In this document: in pieces, positions 47,502-56,724 of the stretch
Layout of the letters: each line of letters opens with the position of its first letter
Position numbering within the stretch: position 1 is the stretch's first letter
Source of the DNA: Salinactinospora qingdaonensis
Lineage (GTDB): Bacteria; Actinomycetota; Actinomycetes; Streptosporangiales; Streptosporangiaceae
Length of the DNA stretch: 64,000 nucleotides
Assembly: GCF_039539445.1 (NCBI RefSeq)
Contig: NZ_BAABDD010000001.1
Coordinates: 444,103-508,102, forward strand
Direction: 5' to 3'
Translations under genes and position numbers: made by a program
The notes under the pieces: model-generated
Databases searched by the model: none
What the model saw: the letters and a program-made list of their open reading frames with translations, nothing else
What the model was told of the DNA's origin: nothing

Positions 47502-48287
47502 TCACCCGGAGGGAGCGGGCAGGGGGAGCAGGTAGGGGCGCTCGCCGTTCATCAGCGCGCGGAAGTGGCCGACGACGCGAGCCACAGCGGCCGGGTCGCG
47601 CAGCAGCACCCCCAGTTCGATGTTGTCGGTGAGCGCGCGTGCGGTGAGGTTGGCGCTGCCGATCAGCGCGGCGGAACGGTCGGCGGCGATGACCTTGGCG
47701 TGCAGCGCCGCTCTACCGTCGCCGCCCCTGCGGTGGGCGGGCCAGTGCCAAAAGTGAGCTCGGCGCCGCAGCCGCGCGAACGGGGCGTGGGCGTTGGTGC
47801 TTTCCTCCAGCACCAGGTCGATGCGTACGCCGCGGTCGGCGGCGGCGACCAGTTCGGTTACGAGCGGAGAGGTGTGGGAAGCGGCGAAGCTGACGATCAG
47901 CACCTCGCGCTGGGCCTGGCGGATGAGTTGGCTCAACACCGCCGTGGTCAGCCGCGCCGGCTGGCCGGCCGAACGGGGGCCGCTGACCACTACGGCGGGC
48001 CGGTGACGGCGGGTTCGCTCGGCCATCGTCGCTGCGGCCCGCAGCGCCGCGGCCGCCGCTGCGGCCGGGGTCGCCGGCTCTCCCCGCCATGCGCGCACGA
48101 TCCGGGCGGCGTCGGCGGCCATACCGTAGCCGGGACGCGCGGCTAGCAGCGCCGCCTCCAGGCCGGGCTCGTCGGGGCCGGCAGCGGCGGCGAGAACGTC
48201 GGCCCAGGCGCTCGCGTGCTCGCCGGGGAGCCGGTCGGCGAGGGCGCAGAGCTCTTCGATGAGCCCCGTGTTGGGGGGATCGCTCAT
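47502..48287 (-). CDS. drmC: phospholipase D-family (HKD) protein, DISARM DrmC-like
   Basis: Starts MSDPPNTGLIEEL. HKD motif HAKVIAADRSAALIGSANLT. ATGA overlap with the drmB stop. The 679-aa ORF in the track is an artefact that runs on in-frame over drmB. Confidence 0.75.
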   Translation of the reverse strand: MSDPPNTGLIEELCALADRLPGEHASAWADVLAAAAGPDEPGLEAALLAARPGYGMAADAARIVRAWRGEPATPAAAAAAALRAAATMAERTRRHRPAVVVSGPRSAGQPARLTTAVLSQLIRQAQREVLIVSFAASHTSPLVTELVAAADRGVRIDLVLEESTNAHAPFARLRRRAHFWHWPAHRRGGDGRAALHAKVIAADRSAALIGSANLTARALTDNIELGVLLRDPAAVARVVGHFRALMNGERPYLLPLPAPSG

Positions 48288-50146
48288 TGGACGAAGCCGG
48301 TGCCGGCGGGGCCACTGGCGAGCGTGTCGACGACGAGAGCGCGGTCCAAGTAGTGGTTGTTGCGCTCGCACGAGGTCTCGGCGGCGAACATGCAGGCGTG
48401 ACAGGCCGCACCGTAGAGTCGGGCGTGGTCGTGGGGCTCCTGTTCGGCGCATAGCGGGTCGGAGCTGCACAGCCGGGCCGCCTCCAGCGCCTGCTCGATA
48501 AGCGTGTCGAGCCGGTCGGGGTCTTGGCCCAGCGACACCAGACCGCCGAGTGTGCCCTCGCTGTCGGAGGCGGCTGTGTAGAGCAGTACACCCGCCATCG
48601 GGTCGTCGCCGTCGCGAGCGTAGACCCGTTCGGCGATCCCGGAGGCGCTGTAGCCCGACTCCAGCGCGAACTCGCGGATGAGCGCGTGGGCGAAGGAGTG
48701 CAGCATCAGGTAACGCACGCCGGGCCACCCGCCCGAGTCGAGTCCTCGGGCCAGGCGCCAACGCTGGTGTCCGTCGCGCAGCCGTTTCTCCCGGCGCACC
48801 ACTTCGGGCCGGCGCTCCCACGCGGCGACCTGCTCCTCGCGGAACCGCAGGAATATCCCCTCGCCGCGCTGTTCGGCGCAGGGCACCCACGTGGGCGATC
48901 CGCTCGCCAACGGTGCGATCCGTTTGTCTTCGGTGCTGCGCACCTCGAACTCGGGAGCGCCGATGCGCGTGAAGCCGTAGAGGGCGCTGACCTCGCGCAG
49001 CCGGGGTACGAGCGTTACCCGCCGCAGGAACGCGCCGGCCCGGCGGGGGGTGGCGACCCGGGTGGTCGTGAAATCGGGGAGATGCACCTCCTCGTCGCGG
49101 GTGAAGGCCTGCCACTCCGGGCCGGCGAGGTCGTCCTCGCCGAGTTCGGGCTCCGAGCCGGCGGTGTCGGAGCGCTGGGCGCGGCGCTGGATCGCGCGCC
49201 AGACCTTGGCCAACCCGTGATGCTCCAACTGGGGCCAGCACGGCAGGACCTCCAGCACGGGCCGGGCCTGCTCCTGCGACAGGGAGACCAGCGGTTCCAG
49301 CGTCGACCAGTTCTCGGCGAGGGTGTTGTCGAGCGGATCGTCCTCCCGCGGGAGGCTGAACACGCGAATCTGGGTGGGGAACCAACTGTTGGTGGCGCCC
49401 AGCGAGAGCGCCCGAGTGGACTGGTCGCAGCCTTCGAAGAGGCTCAGGTGGGGGTGGCGGCCCCGGCAGGCCGGCAGGTTCTTGGCGGCGTTGTCGGGGC
49501 CGATGGCCTCGGACATGGCGCGTCCTTGGCCGCAGGCGCACACCACCCGCACGTTGGCCGCCTCACCTGAGGTGCCGGTCTCGACGAGTTTGAGGGTGTG
49601 GGGCTGCTCGCCGCCGGGCTCGGGGACGCTGCCGCGGTGGACGAAGAACATCCACGGGAAGTCGTCGAGGTGACCTTTCTCGCAGGCCAGCACGAACCGG
49701 GCCGGCACCACGGTGGGGCGGCTGCGCCCCTGGCCGTAACAGTTGTGGACGATGCGGGTCTTGTCGGGACGGTAGGGGGAAAAGATCGGTTGGAACGAGC
49801 CGGCGTCGACGGGGCCGAGGTAGTTGCAGTCGCCTTTGGTGCAGCGCAGCCACCGCGGAAACAGCGCGACCGGCACGCCGATGCGGCTCCACTCGTCGTG
49901 GACGTTGCGGTGGTTGGGTGGGGTGTAGGGCGGGGTGCGCAAGCTTTCCACCTGCGTTCCGAGTTCGCGGCGTACCGCAGCCAGCAGCCGGGGCTCGGGG
50001 ATGACGGTGGTGCGGGCCGGGTCCCAGTGGTCGAGCCCGAGGATGGTCACCGACAGGTTGGGCATGTCGGCGATGGCTCCCACACCGAAGGTGTGCAGCA
50101 GTTGGCTGGTGCGCAGTTCTCCCACGCGCTGGGGCGGGGTGGTCAT
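48284..50146 (-). CDS. drmB: DUF1998-domain protein, DISARM DrmB-like
   Basis: Likely start MTTPPQRVGELRTSQLL (ATGA overlap with drmA stop). C-terminal Cys cluster CAEQ...CHACMF...SCERNNHYLDR typical of DUF1998. Confidence 0.75.
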   Translation of the reverse strand: MTTPPQRVGELRTSQLLHTFGVGAIADMPNLSVTILGLDHWDPARTTVIPEPRLLAAVRRELGTQVESLRTPPYTPPNHRNVHDEWSRIGVPVALFPRWLRCTKGDCNYLGPVDAGSFQPIFSPYRPDKTRIVHNCYGQGRSRPTVVPARFVLACEKGHLDDFPWMFFVHRGSVPEPGGEQPHTLKLVETGTSGEAANVRVVCACGQGRAMSEAIGPDNAAKNLPACRGRHPHLSLFEGCDQSTRALSLGATNSWFPTQIRVFSLPREDDPLDNTLAENWSTLEPLVSLSQEQARPVLEVLPCWPQLEHHGLAKVWRAIQRRAQRSDTAGSEPELGEDDLAGPEWQAFTRDEEVHLPDFTTTRVATPRRAGAFLRRVTLVPRLREVSALYGFTRIGAPEFEVRSTEDKRIAPLASGSPTWVPCAEQRGEGIFLRFREEQVAAWERRPEVVRREKRLRDGHQRWRLARGLDSGGWPGVRYLMLHSFAHALIREFALESGYSASGIAERVYARDGDDPMAGVLLYTAASDSEGTLGGLVSLGQDPDRLDTLIEQALEAARLCSSDPLCAEQEPHDHARLYGAACHACMFAAETSCERNNHYLDRALVVDTLASGPAGTGFVQ

Positions 50147-53100
50147 TGCTCGCCTCGGTCGTCGGTCTCGGAGGAGGTGTAGGGGATGAAGGGGGGTTCG
50201 GCGCCGTCGCCGAGATCCTGGCCCGGATCGAGGACGAGCCGGATGCCGGGTTCGACCTCGCGCAGCGAGGTCGGGCAGGTGGTGGGCTTCCACGGGGCGC
50301 CGTCGGGGCTGTCCAGCAGCGCCTGGGCGTCGGTGTTCTTCGGCGGCTCTTTGTAGACCAGCCGCACGCCTTGCTTTCTTCGGCGGGCTTCCCAGACGTC
50401 GAGCCGGTTGTCGAGTTCGTCGTGGATATCGCGGGCGGCCTGGCTGCTGCCGGTGACGGTGCGGGCGCGCCGGTCGATCTCGTTGACGATGTGGTCGGCG
50501 ACCTTGCCGGAGCGGTCGAACATGCGGGCGGCGTCGTTGGGGTTGAGGGCGGTCTCCAGGTTGCGCACGAGGGAGACCAGCACTCCCATCAGGCCGCGGT
50601 CGACGGCCCGTGCGGCGAACGGCGTCACCGACAGCGCTTCGACGTGACGGTACATGGTGGCGTGGAAGGCGTGGAAACGCTCGTAGTGGGAGAGGTCGCG
50701 CGGGCGCGACCAGTTGTAGACGGTGAACACCAGCCCGGGGGCGCGGCGCCCCACCCGGCTGGTGGCCTGGATGTACTCGGCGGTGGACTTGGGCTGGTTG
50801 TTGACCGTCATGACGCCGAGCCGGGCGACGTCGACCCCGACGGCGATCATGTTGGTGGCCAACAGCACGTCGATCGGGCGCTTGGTGCGGTCGGCGGCCG
50901 AGACGGCGAGCCGTTCCAGCACGGCGGGGATGTCGTCGGAGCCCAGCCGCGAAGTCAGCTCCGCAGCCCAGGGGGTGCGGCGCCGGGCCAGGCCGCGCTG
51001 GTCGGCGCGCCCCAGCCGGGTGGCCACGTCGTCGTCGACTAGGCGGCGCATCCCGCCCAGGTCACGCAGGCTGTTGAAGTAGCCCACCAGGGTCATGTAG
51101 GGGTCGGTGACCTCGTTGCCGCCGTAGGTGTCGTGCAGGCGCTGGGCGGCGGCCAGGATCGCGACGAACACCCGGATCTGCACCGACTTGATGCGCACGC
51201 CGTGGGCGCATAGGCCGATGTAGCGCCGGCCGTCGCGGCGTTCGGGGGCGCGCTGGCGGGAGAAGAAGTTGTCGGCGGCGTCCAGGCCCTGCGGCGGGAA
51301 CACGCGGGTGTCGCGGCCGGCGAACAGCGCGCCGATCTGGCGGGTGGCGCGACGCACGGTGGCGGTGGAGGCGATGACTTTGGGCCGCACCTGCACCGTC
51401 GCGCCGCTGCCGGGAGCGGTGTAGTCCCAGGAGGCGAGGCGGTCCACCGCGGTCTCGTACAGCCCCACCAGCGACCCCAGGGGGCCGGAGATGAGGTGCA
51501 GCTCGTCCTGAACGATCAGGTCGGGCGGACGCAGCGCGGCGGTGGGTTTGACGTGGGCGGCCGGCAGCGACCGAGGACGGGTCTCGGCCTGGTGCTGCGA
51601 CACCCCGCCGCAGACCTGCTGGTGCAGCTCGCCGGCGAGGTAGCCGTGCCGGGTGCAGACCCGACCCACCCGACCGAATAGCGCCTGGGTCTCGCCCTGC
51701 CAGGCGAGCTGGGCGAACTTGTCGACCGTGGCGATGATCAACGAGGGCACCAGCCGGTAGATCTCGTCGTCGACGACGAGGACCGGCAGCCCCTCGCCGC
51801 CGCTGGGGTAGGCGCTGAAGGGGCACTCCAGGTCGGGGCAGCGAATGCGGGTGCGCTGCTCGGCGGGGTCGACGTCGATGTCGGAGCCGGAATCGACCGT
51901 CGCGCCGCACCAGGGGCAGGTGACCAACTGGTGCGGCGAGCCGTCGGCGCGATTGCCGGCCCCGCCCCGCTGGCTGCGCCGCGCCCGCACCCACTCCTCG
52001 GCGGCCTTGGTGCGGTTGGGGGTGACCCTGCCGCCCACCCACAGGCCGATCCGAAACGGCACGCGCCCCCACGTGTCCTCGTCGTCGCGGCGCAGCACCT
52101 CGCAGGCGCAGATGAGGGCGGCGGCGCGCTGGAACTGCTGGATGGTCAGCAGCCGCAGCGTGTAGCGCATCAGCACCGCCACACCGGAGCGCCCGCGCAC
52201 GTCGGCGCCGTCGAGGTCGCCCTGCAACCGCCGGATCGCCAGCGTGTAGGCGGTCAGGCCCAGGTAAGCCTCGGTCTTGCCGCCGCCGGTGGGAAACCAC
52301 AGCAGGTCGGCGACCCGGCTTTCGGGAGCGGCGCGTTCCTCGTGGGCGGGGTCGGTGAGCGATGGCAGGTTGAGGAGGAGAAACGCGAGCTGGAAGGGGC
52401 GCCAACTGCGGTTTCGCGGCGTGTCGAGCTCGGCGGCGACCTCGTCGATGGCGCGGGTGGTGTCACCGCCGCGCGCGGCGGCTGCCAGGGAGTGCACGCG
52501 CTGACGGCGCATGGCCTCGTTGGCGAACTGGAAGGCGCGCAGCGCGGCGGGGTCGGTGGCGAGCAGCTCGACGGCGGCCTCGATGCGGTGTGCGGCGCGC
52601 TCGGCGTCGGCGAGGTTCTTCTCGGCCTCGGCGCGGTACTCGGCGAGGTGGGCGGCCGGGTCGGTGATGCGGTCGCGCTGCCGGGCGATCCAGGCGCGGT
52701 AGCCGGTGACGAGCGGGTCCAGGCCGGCGCGCACGTCACCGGCCTGCATCCGGGCGAGTTCGCTCATGTCGAGGGTGAGGCGGGCCAGCTCGGGCAGGTC
52801 GGGGTCCTCCTCGGCGCTGGGCACGTCGGTGTGGGGCAGCTCGTAGCGGGGGACGCTCGCGGTGCGCACCGCGACGGCCCGCATGGGGTCGTCGGGCGCG
52901 GGGTCGACCGCCACGGCGGTGCTGTGGCCCACGGCGAACTCGCCGGCGAAGCGGTAGGTCATGGCCAGCCGGCGCTGTTCTTCGCGGTCGAGCTGGTCGC
53001 CGCCGGAGGAGTGGTCGGGGCGCGGGACGAACACCGGCGCGGCGCCGTCGGCGGCGGTGGCCCTCAGTTCGGCTTGGAACAGCCACTTCTTCCACTCGCG

Positions 53101-53688
53101 GTCCTCTCCGGTCTGCCCGTTGACCAGGAACAGGGTGACCAGGGTGTGGCCGGCGAAGGAGCGGACCCGACCGCGCAGGCACACGCCGGGCTGTTCGGGG
53201 TCGAGTTCCACGGCGGGGATCTCGCCCTCGGCCAGCGAGATGAGGGTCTGGCCACTTCGGGGGTCGCGGCGGCGCACCTGCTTGCCGGAGCCGTCGTCGG
53301 CGGTGGCGTCGACGTAGCGTGCCCAGGTGGCCCGCACGAGCAGCCGCTCGGTGTCGGGGGCCACGGAGGCGGTGAACCCGTGGGCCGAGCAGGACATGCT
53401 GGGGGTGGCGGGGGCTTCGGGCTCGGGATCGTCGTCGTCGGGGTCCAGTGCGACCTCGTCACCGCTGTTGAGACCGACTTCGGCGAGGTTGTCCTGCTCC
53501 TCGGGGTGGAACACCGCCCCGTTGGGGGCGAGCCGCCCTAGGATGTAGCGGTCGGTGGGGCGCTCGCCGGAGAACTCCTCGTGCTCGTCGCCGCCGATGG
53601 GACCGTACAGGTCGGCGACGACCAGCTCCTCCAACTCGGCTCGGATCTCGCGCGCCGAGGGCACTTTCAACACCCGCTGCTCAACCAT
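50143..53688 (-). CDS. drmA: SF2 DExH helicase, DISARM DrmA-like
   Basis: Start MVEQRVLKV at 53688 (the ORF track extends 117 aa further upstream in-frame). Motif I FPTGGGKTEAYL, motif II IVQDELHLISGP, C-terminal domain LLATNMIAVGVDVARL...YIQATSRVGRR. Confidence 0.75.
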   Translation of the reverse strand: MVEQRVLKVPSAREIRAELEELVVADLYGPIGGDEHEEFSGERPTDRYILGRLAPNGAVFHPEEQDNLAEVGLNSGDEVALDPDDDDPEPEAPATPSMSCSAHGFTASVAPDTERLLVRATWARYVDATADDGSGKQVRRRDPRSGQTLISLAEGEIPAVELDPEQPGVCLRGRVRSFAGHTLVTLFLVNGQTGEDREWKKWLFQAELRATAADGAAPVFVPRPDHSSGGDQLDREEQRRLAMTYRFAGEFAVGHSTAVAVDPAPDDPMRAVAVRTASVPRYELPHTDVPSAEEDPDLPELARLTLDMSELARMQAGDVRAGLDPLVTGYRAWIARQRDRITDPAAHLAEYRAEAEKNLADAERAAHRIEAAVELLATDPAALRAFQFANEAMRRQRVHSLAAAARGGDTTRAIDEVAAELDTPRNRSWRPFQLAFLLLNLPSLTDPAHEERAAPESRVADLLWFPTGGGKTEAYLGLTAYTLAIRRLQGDLDGADVRGRSGVAVLMRYTLRLLTIQQFQRAAALICACEVLRRDDEDTWGRVPFRIGLWVGGRVTPNRTKAAEEWVRARRSQRGGAGNRADGSPHQLVTCPWCGATVDSGSDIDVDPAEQRTRIRCPDLECPFSAYPSGGEGLPVLVVDDEIYRLVPSLIIATVDKFAQLAWQGETQALFGRVGRVCTRHGYLAGELHQQVCGGVSQHQAETRPRSLPAAHVKPTAALRPPDLIVQDELHLISGPLGSLVGLYETAVDRLASWDYTAPGSGATVQVRPKVIASTATVRRATRQIGALFAGRDTRVFPPQGLDAADNFFSRQRAPERRDGRRYIGLCAHGVRIKSVQIRVFVAILAAAQRLHDTYGGNEVTDPYMTLVGYFNSLRDLGGMRRLVDDDVATRLGRADQRGLARRRTPWAAELTSRLGSDDIPAVLERLAVSAADRTKRPIDVLLATNMIAVGVDVARLGVMTVNNQPKSTAEYIQATSRVGRRAPGLVFTVYNWSRPRDLSHYERFHAFHATMYRHVEALSVTPFAARAVDRGLMGVLVSLVRNLETALNPNDAARMFDRSGKVADHIVNEIDRRARTVTGSSQAARDIHDELDNRLDVWEARRRKQGVRLVYKEPPKNTDAQALLDSPDGAPWKPTTCPTSLREVEPGIRLVLDPGQDLGDGAEPPFIPYTSSETDDRGEQ

Positions 53689-53780
53689 GAGGGCCACTCT
53701 AGGACGCCGCGCCGACACCGGCAGCGCCGACGGCGAACCGGAAAGCGGGAGGCCGACCCGCGTCTCGGGCGCGAACCTAT

Positions 53781-54419
53781 TCAGGTGTGGGCGAGCAGTC
53801 GCCCGACGAGGATGTGGACATCGGTCCAGGGGTTTTTGGCAGTGGGGTGGGCCTGCTCTGGGAAGTTCTCGGCGAGCTTGGCCGCCCGGTCGATGGCGTC
53901 CCGACGCCGTTGACCGGTGAAGTGGGCGGGGTTGATGTCCTTGTCGGCGGTGTAGCAGCAGTTGAGCCTGCGCATCCGGTCTTGGGCTTGGCCGGTGGTC
54001 AGATAGCCCGTGTGCGAACGCTGGTGCAACAGCAGCCACAGTTCGAAGCAGGGGGTGGTCAGGGCACAGCGGATGTTGTTCCTGCGGGCGAGGGCGAGCG
54101 CTTCATCGAGGGAGGAGTGCGGCTGGGGAGCCTCGACGTCGAGGACACACCAGACCTCATCGTAGGGTTCTCCCTGGTCGGCTCGCCGCTTACCAGCGCT
54201 GTCCTGGCGGATTTTCGCCTTTTTAACCATTTTGAGAGGTTCGCCGGCTTCTCCGTCGATATCGACCTTAAGGCCGGAAAAGCGCAGTTCCCTCTTAATC
54301 GCCCTGAAGTAACTGGGAGCGGCATTTTTGTCCTCACAACAGATGAGGAAACGGCGTTTCTCCTGCTTTGTTCCGGTCTTCGGTTGCAGCGAGGACCGCT
54401 TTTTCAGTTTTGACCCCAC
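53781..54419 (-). CDS. RloB-like (Toprim-like) protein, AbiLii-like
   Basis: 212 aa. RloB-family conserved features (LICCEDKN.. ETNYF; ..CFELWLLLH). Sits 10 bp downstream of the AAA ATPase. Confidence 0.55.
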   Translation of the reverse strand: MGSKLKKRSSLQPKTGTKQEKRRFLICCEDKNAAPSYFRAIKRELRFSGLKVDIDGEAGEPLKMVKKAKIRQDSAGKRRADQGEPYDEVWCVLDVEAPQPHSSLDEALALARRNNIRCALTTPCFELWLLLHQRSHTGYLTTGQAQDRMRRLNCCYTADKDINPAHFTGQRRRDAIDRAAKLAENFPEQAHPTAKNPWTDVHILVGRLLAHT

Positions 54420-54428
54420 ATGGCCATG

Positions 54429-55739
54429 CTAGCGAGCATGCTCCACGATTTTGCTCGTATCGGGCAGAGACTCTTCCTCGAAGACCGGGACACCGCCAAA
54501 GCGTCCGAGGAGGTAACGGCGCAGCACATCGTCTCGGGAATCGCGGACCCCGTACTCGCGTAGGGCGGTGAGTTCGGTGACTCCCTCTTGGCTCTTCTCC
54601 GTCAGCCAGACTTGGTCGCGCGTCAGCCGACCGAAGGAACGCCGGTCCAGCAGCGTGACGTCGTGGGTGTTGAACACGAGTTGTGCGCCGTTGGGGTTGG
54701 TCGTGGGCTCCTGGAACAGCCGCACTAGCTGGCCGGCGAGGTTGGGGTGCAGCCGCGCGTCGAGTTCGTCGACGATGAGGAGCGTGCCGTGGGTGAGCGT
54801 GAAGGCGACGGCACCGATCAACTCCAGCCAGGTACGCGTCCCGCTCGACTCCACGTCGTAGGGCAGCTCCACATCACCGTCCGTCGTCGTGTGCGCGACC
54901 CGGATTTCGGGACCGGCTGTGAGTGAGTGCGGGTCCACCAGCTCGGCGTCCTCGGGATGGAGGAGTTTGATCGCTTCGACGAAGTGCGTGGCGGCTTCGG
55001 CCGGCATCTCCCGCTGCTTGGAGCGAAGGTCGCTGATGCCCAGATCGGCGAAGCGGATGAGGTCGCGCAACTGCGGCATCTCGCCGCTCTCCAGCAGGTC
55101 GAGCGTGAACTGCAACCGCGGGTAGGCGTCGTGTTCGTGGGCGATGCGCAACTGCTGGAACCAGTCGTAGACACGGGTCAGCAGCGGGTGGTTGTTGGCC
55201 GCGCCGGCGGAGACGAGCAGGCTGTTGGGCCGCACGGCCTCCCTAGCGAGCCGGCTGAGCTGGCCGTAGCCCTTACGCAGGTGGGGGCCGAAGTCCACCC
55301 CGTCCTCTCGGGTGCGCTCGAACAGCCGGCGCGGTCGCCCTTTGGGCCAGGACAGCAGCCACTCCTCGACGATCTCGCGGTCGTCGAGGGCGAAGCCGTA
55401 CTCGTAGCGCACGCCGTCGATGACCATGTCGAAGGCGAACTCGCTGGACTGCTCGGCCATAGCGGGATCGAGCCGGAACGGTTCCCGCCGGGTGGGCGCG
55501 TTGGGCTTCCACCCCTGGTGGGAGGAGAGCACCACTTCGCGGGCGTAGAACATCGAGTGGATCAGCTTGGACTTGCCGGAGGCGTTGGCCCCGAGGACAC
55601 CGACGACCGGCAGGGCCTGGAAGTGTGTGCCCGGGACATCGCGCACCGCCAGGTCCTCATGCCTGTCTGCGGCGATCAGACTGAGTTCCTGCTCGTCACG
55701 GATCGAGGCGAAATTGGCGACCCGGAACCGAAGCAACAC
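54429..55739 (-). CDS. AAA_21/ABC-type ATPase, AbiLi-like
   Basis: MLLRFRVANFASIRDEQEL (SMC-like N-terminus), Walker A GANASGKSKL, Walker B/D-loop LLIVDELDARLHP. Confidence 0.65.
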   Translation of the reverse strand: MLLRFRVANFASIRDEQELSLIAADRHEDLAVRDVPGTHFQALPVVGVLGANASGKSKLIHSMFYAREVVLSSHQGWKPNAPTRREPFRLDPAMAEQSSEFAFDMVIDGVRYEYGFALDDREIVEEWLLSWPKGRPRRLFERTREDGVDFGPHLRKGYGQLSRLAREAVRPNSLLVSAGAANNHPLLTRVYDWFQQLRIAHEHDAYPRLQFTLDLLESGEMPQLRDLIRFADLGISDLRSKQREMPAEAATHFVEAIKLLHPEDAELVDPHSLTAGPEIRVAHTTTDGDVELPYDVESSGTRTWLELIGAVAFTLTHGTLLIVDELDARLHPNLAGQLVRLFQEPTTNPNGAQLVFNTHDVTLLDRRSFGRLTRDQVWLTEKSQEGVTELTALREYGVRDSRDDVLRRYLLGRFGGVPVFEEESLPDTSKIVEHAR

Positions 55740-55962
55740 GACCGGACTCCTGAAGGTTTACTCTTAACGACCTACCGGAGCGTATACCCGAGGAACGAAC
55801 TCTTATTGGCGTTTTCGGGAAACTTCTCGGCAGAATCTTCCCAGAACCGCCTCTTGATTGTCTCGACGAAGCGTTCGAAGTGGTCATAGCAGTACGACGG
55901 CAGAGGACGACTGGCCGCCCCGCCCACGCGTTAGGCTCTCGCTTCGCCCCGTCGACCTCACC

Positions 55963-56724
55963 TCAGGACTGGTGCAGCACACACGTCTCAAGGTCGAATC
56001 GGGTGTGGGTCACCCGGTCGAGCAGCGGCTTGGCGTGCTCGTACTTGGGTTGCAGCTCCCGGGCGAGTACGACGGTGGCCACCGTGTGCGCCCCGGCCCG
56101 CTTGAGGCGGTGGGCCGCCGACTGGGCGCGTGCGCCGGTGACCCAAGTGTCGTCGATCAACAGCACGTTCGCCCCCTCGACACTCGTGGACTCGCCCGAG
56201 AGGTCGAACCAGTCGGCGTGGAACGAACGGCTGGCGGTGTCGATGCCGGTGTTGACGACGAGCTCGACGCGGTTGAGCGAGATCTTGGGCGCGAGCAGGA
56301 CTTGCAGGGGATGGACCGCCTCCGTGTGCTTCGTGCTGGGCACGAAGCACACGTGGGTGAAGCGCTCGATCCCCACGGACTGCTTGACGCAGGTGATGTG
56401 GGTCTTGCAGAAGTACCAGAAGAGGGCGTGCAGCCGGCGCCGTGCCGCCTCGTTGCCTCGCAAGGGACGCTTGTACATCACGAGATCCTGGGCGTGCTGC
56501 CCGTTGTCGTTGACCCGGTAGGAGATGGGGACGACCGCGTCGGCGAGCACTCCCCCGGAGCTGTTCCGGGCTTCCACGCAGCGCCAGCAGCGGGAGAGCT
56601 CGACCGGCACGGCGCCGTAGCAGACCTCGCAGGCTCCCGCGGCGGCGGGAAGCGCAGCGTGCAGGTAGTTGACCTGCACCGCCACCTGGTGACGGATGAT
56701 CTCCCAGGAACTCTCACCAGGCAA
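55963..56724 (-). CDS. ComF-like phosphoribosyltransferase with N-terminal Zn-ribbon; ShosT-like candidate
   Basis: CEVCYG...CWRC zinc ribbon. PRTase type I motif VLLIDDTWVTGARAQSAAHRLKRAGA. Confidence 0.55.
   Translation of the reverse strand: MPGESSWEIIRHQVAVQVNYLHAALPAAAGACEVCYGAVPVELSRCWRCVEARNSSGGVLADAVVPISYRVNDNGQHAQDLVMYKRPLRGNEAARRRLHALFWYFCKTHITCVKQSVGIERFTHVCFVPSTKHTEAVHPLQVLLAPKISLNRVELVVNTGIDTASRSFHADWFDLSGESTSVEGANVLLIDDTWVTGARAQSAAHRLKRAGAHTVATVVLARELQPKYEHAKPLLDRVTHTRFDLETCVLHQS

Noticed and set aside
47502-49541. 679-aa ORF in the track that spans drmC and most of drmB.
   Set aside because: Only the last 261 codons (from MSDPPNTG at 48287) are PLD-like. The upstream part is an out-of-frame read-through over drmB with an Arg/Pro-rich nonsense translation.
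53689-54039. 117-codon N-terminal extension of the drmA ORF.
   Set aside because: It overlaps the RloB-like gene in another frame and its translation is low-complexity. The MVEQRVLKV start at 53688 gives a normal-length DrmA.
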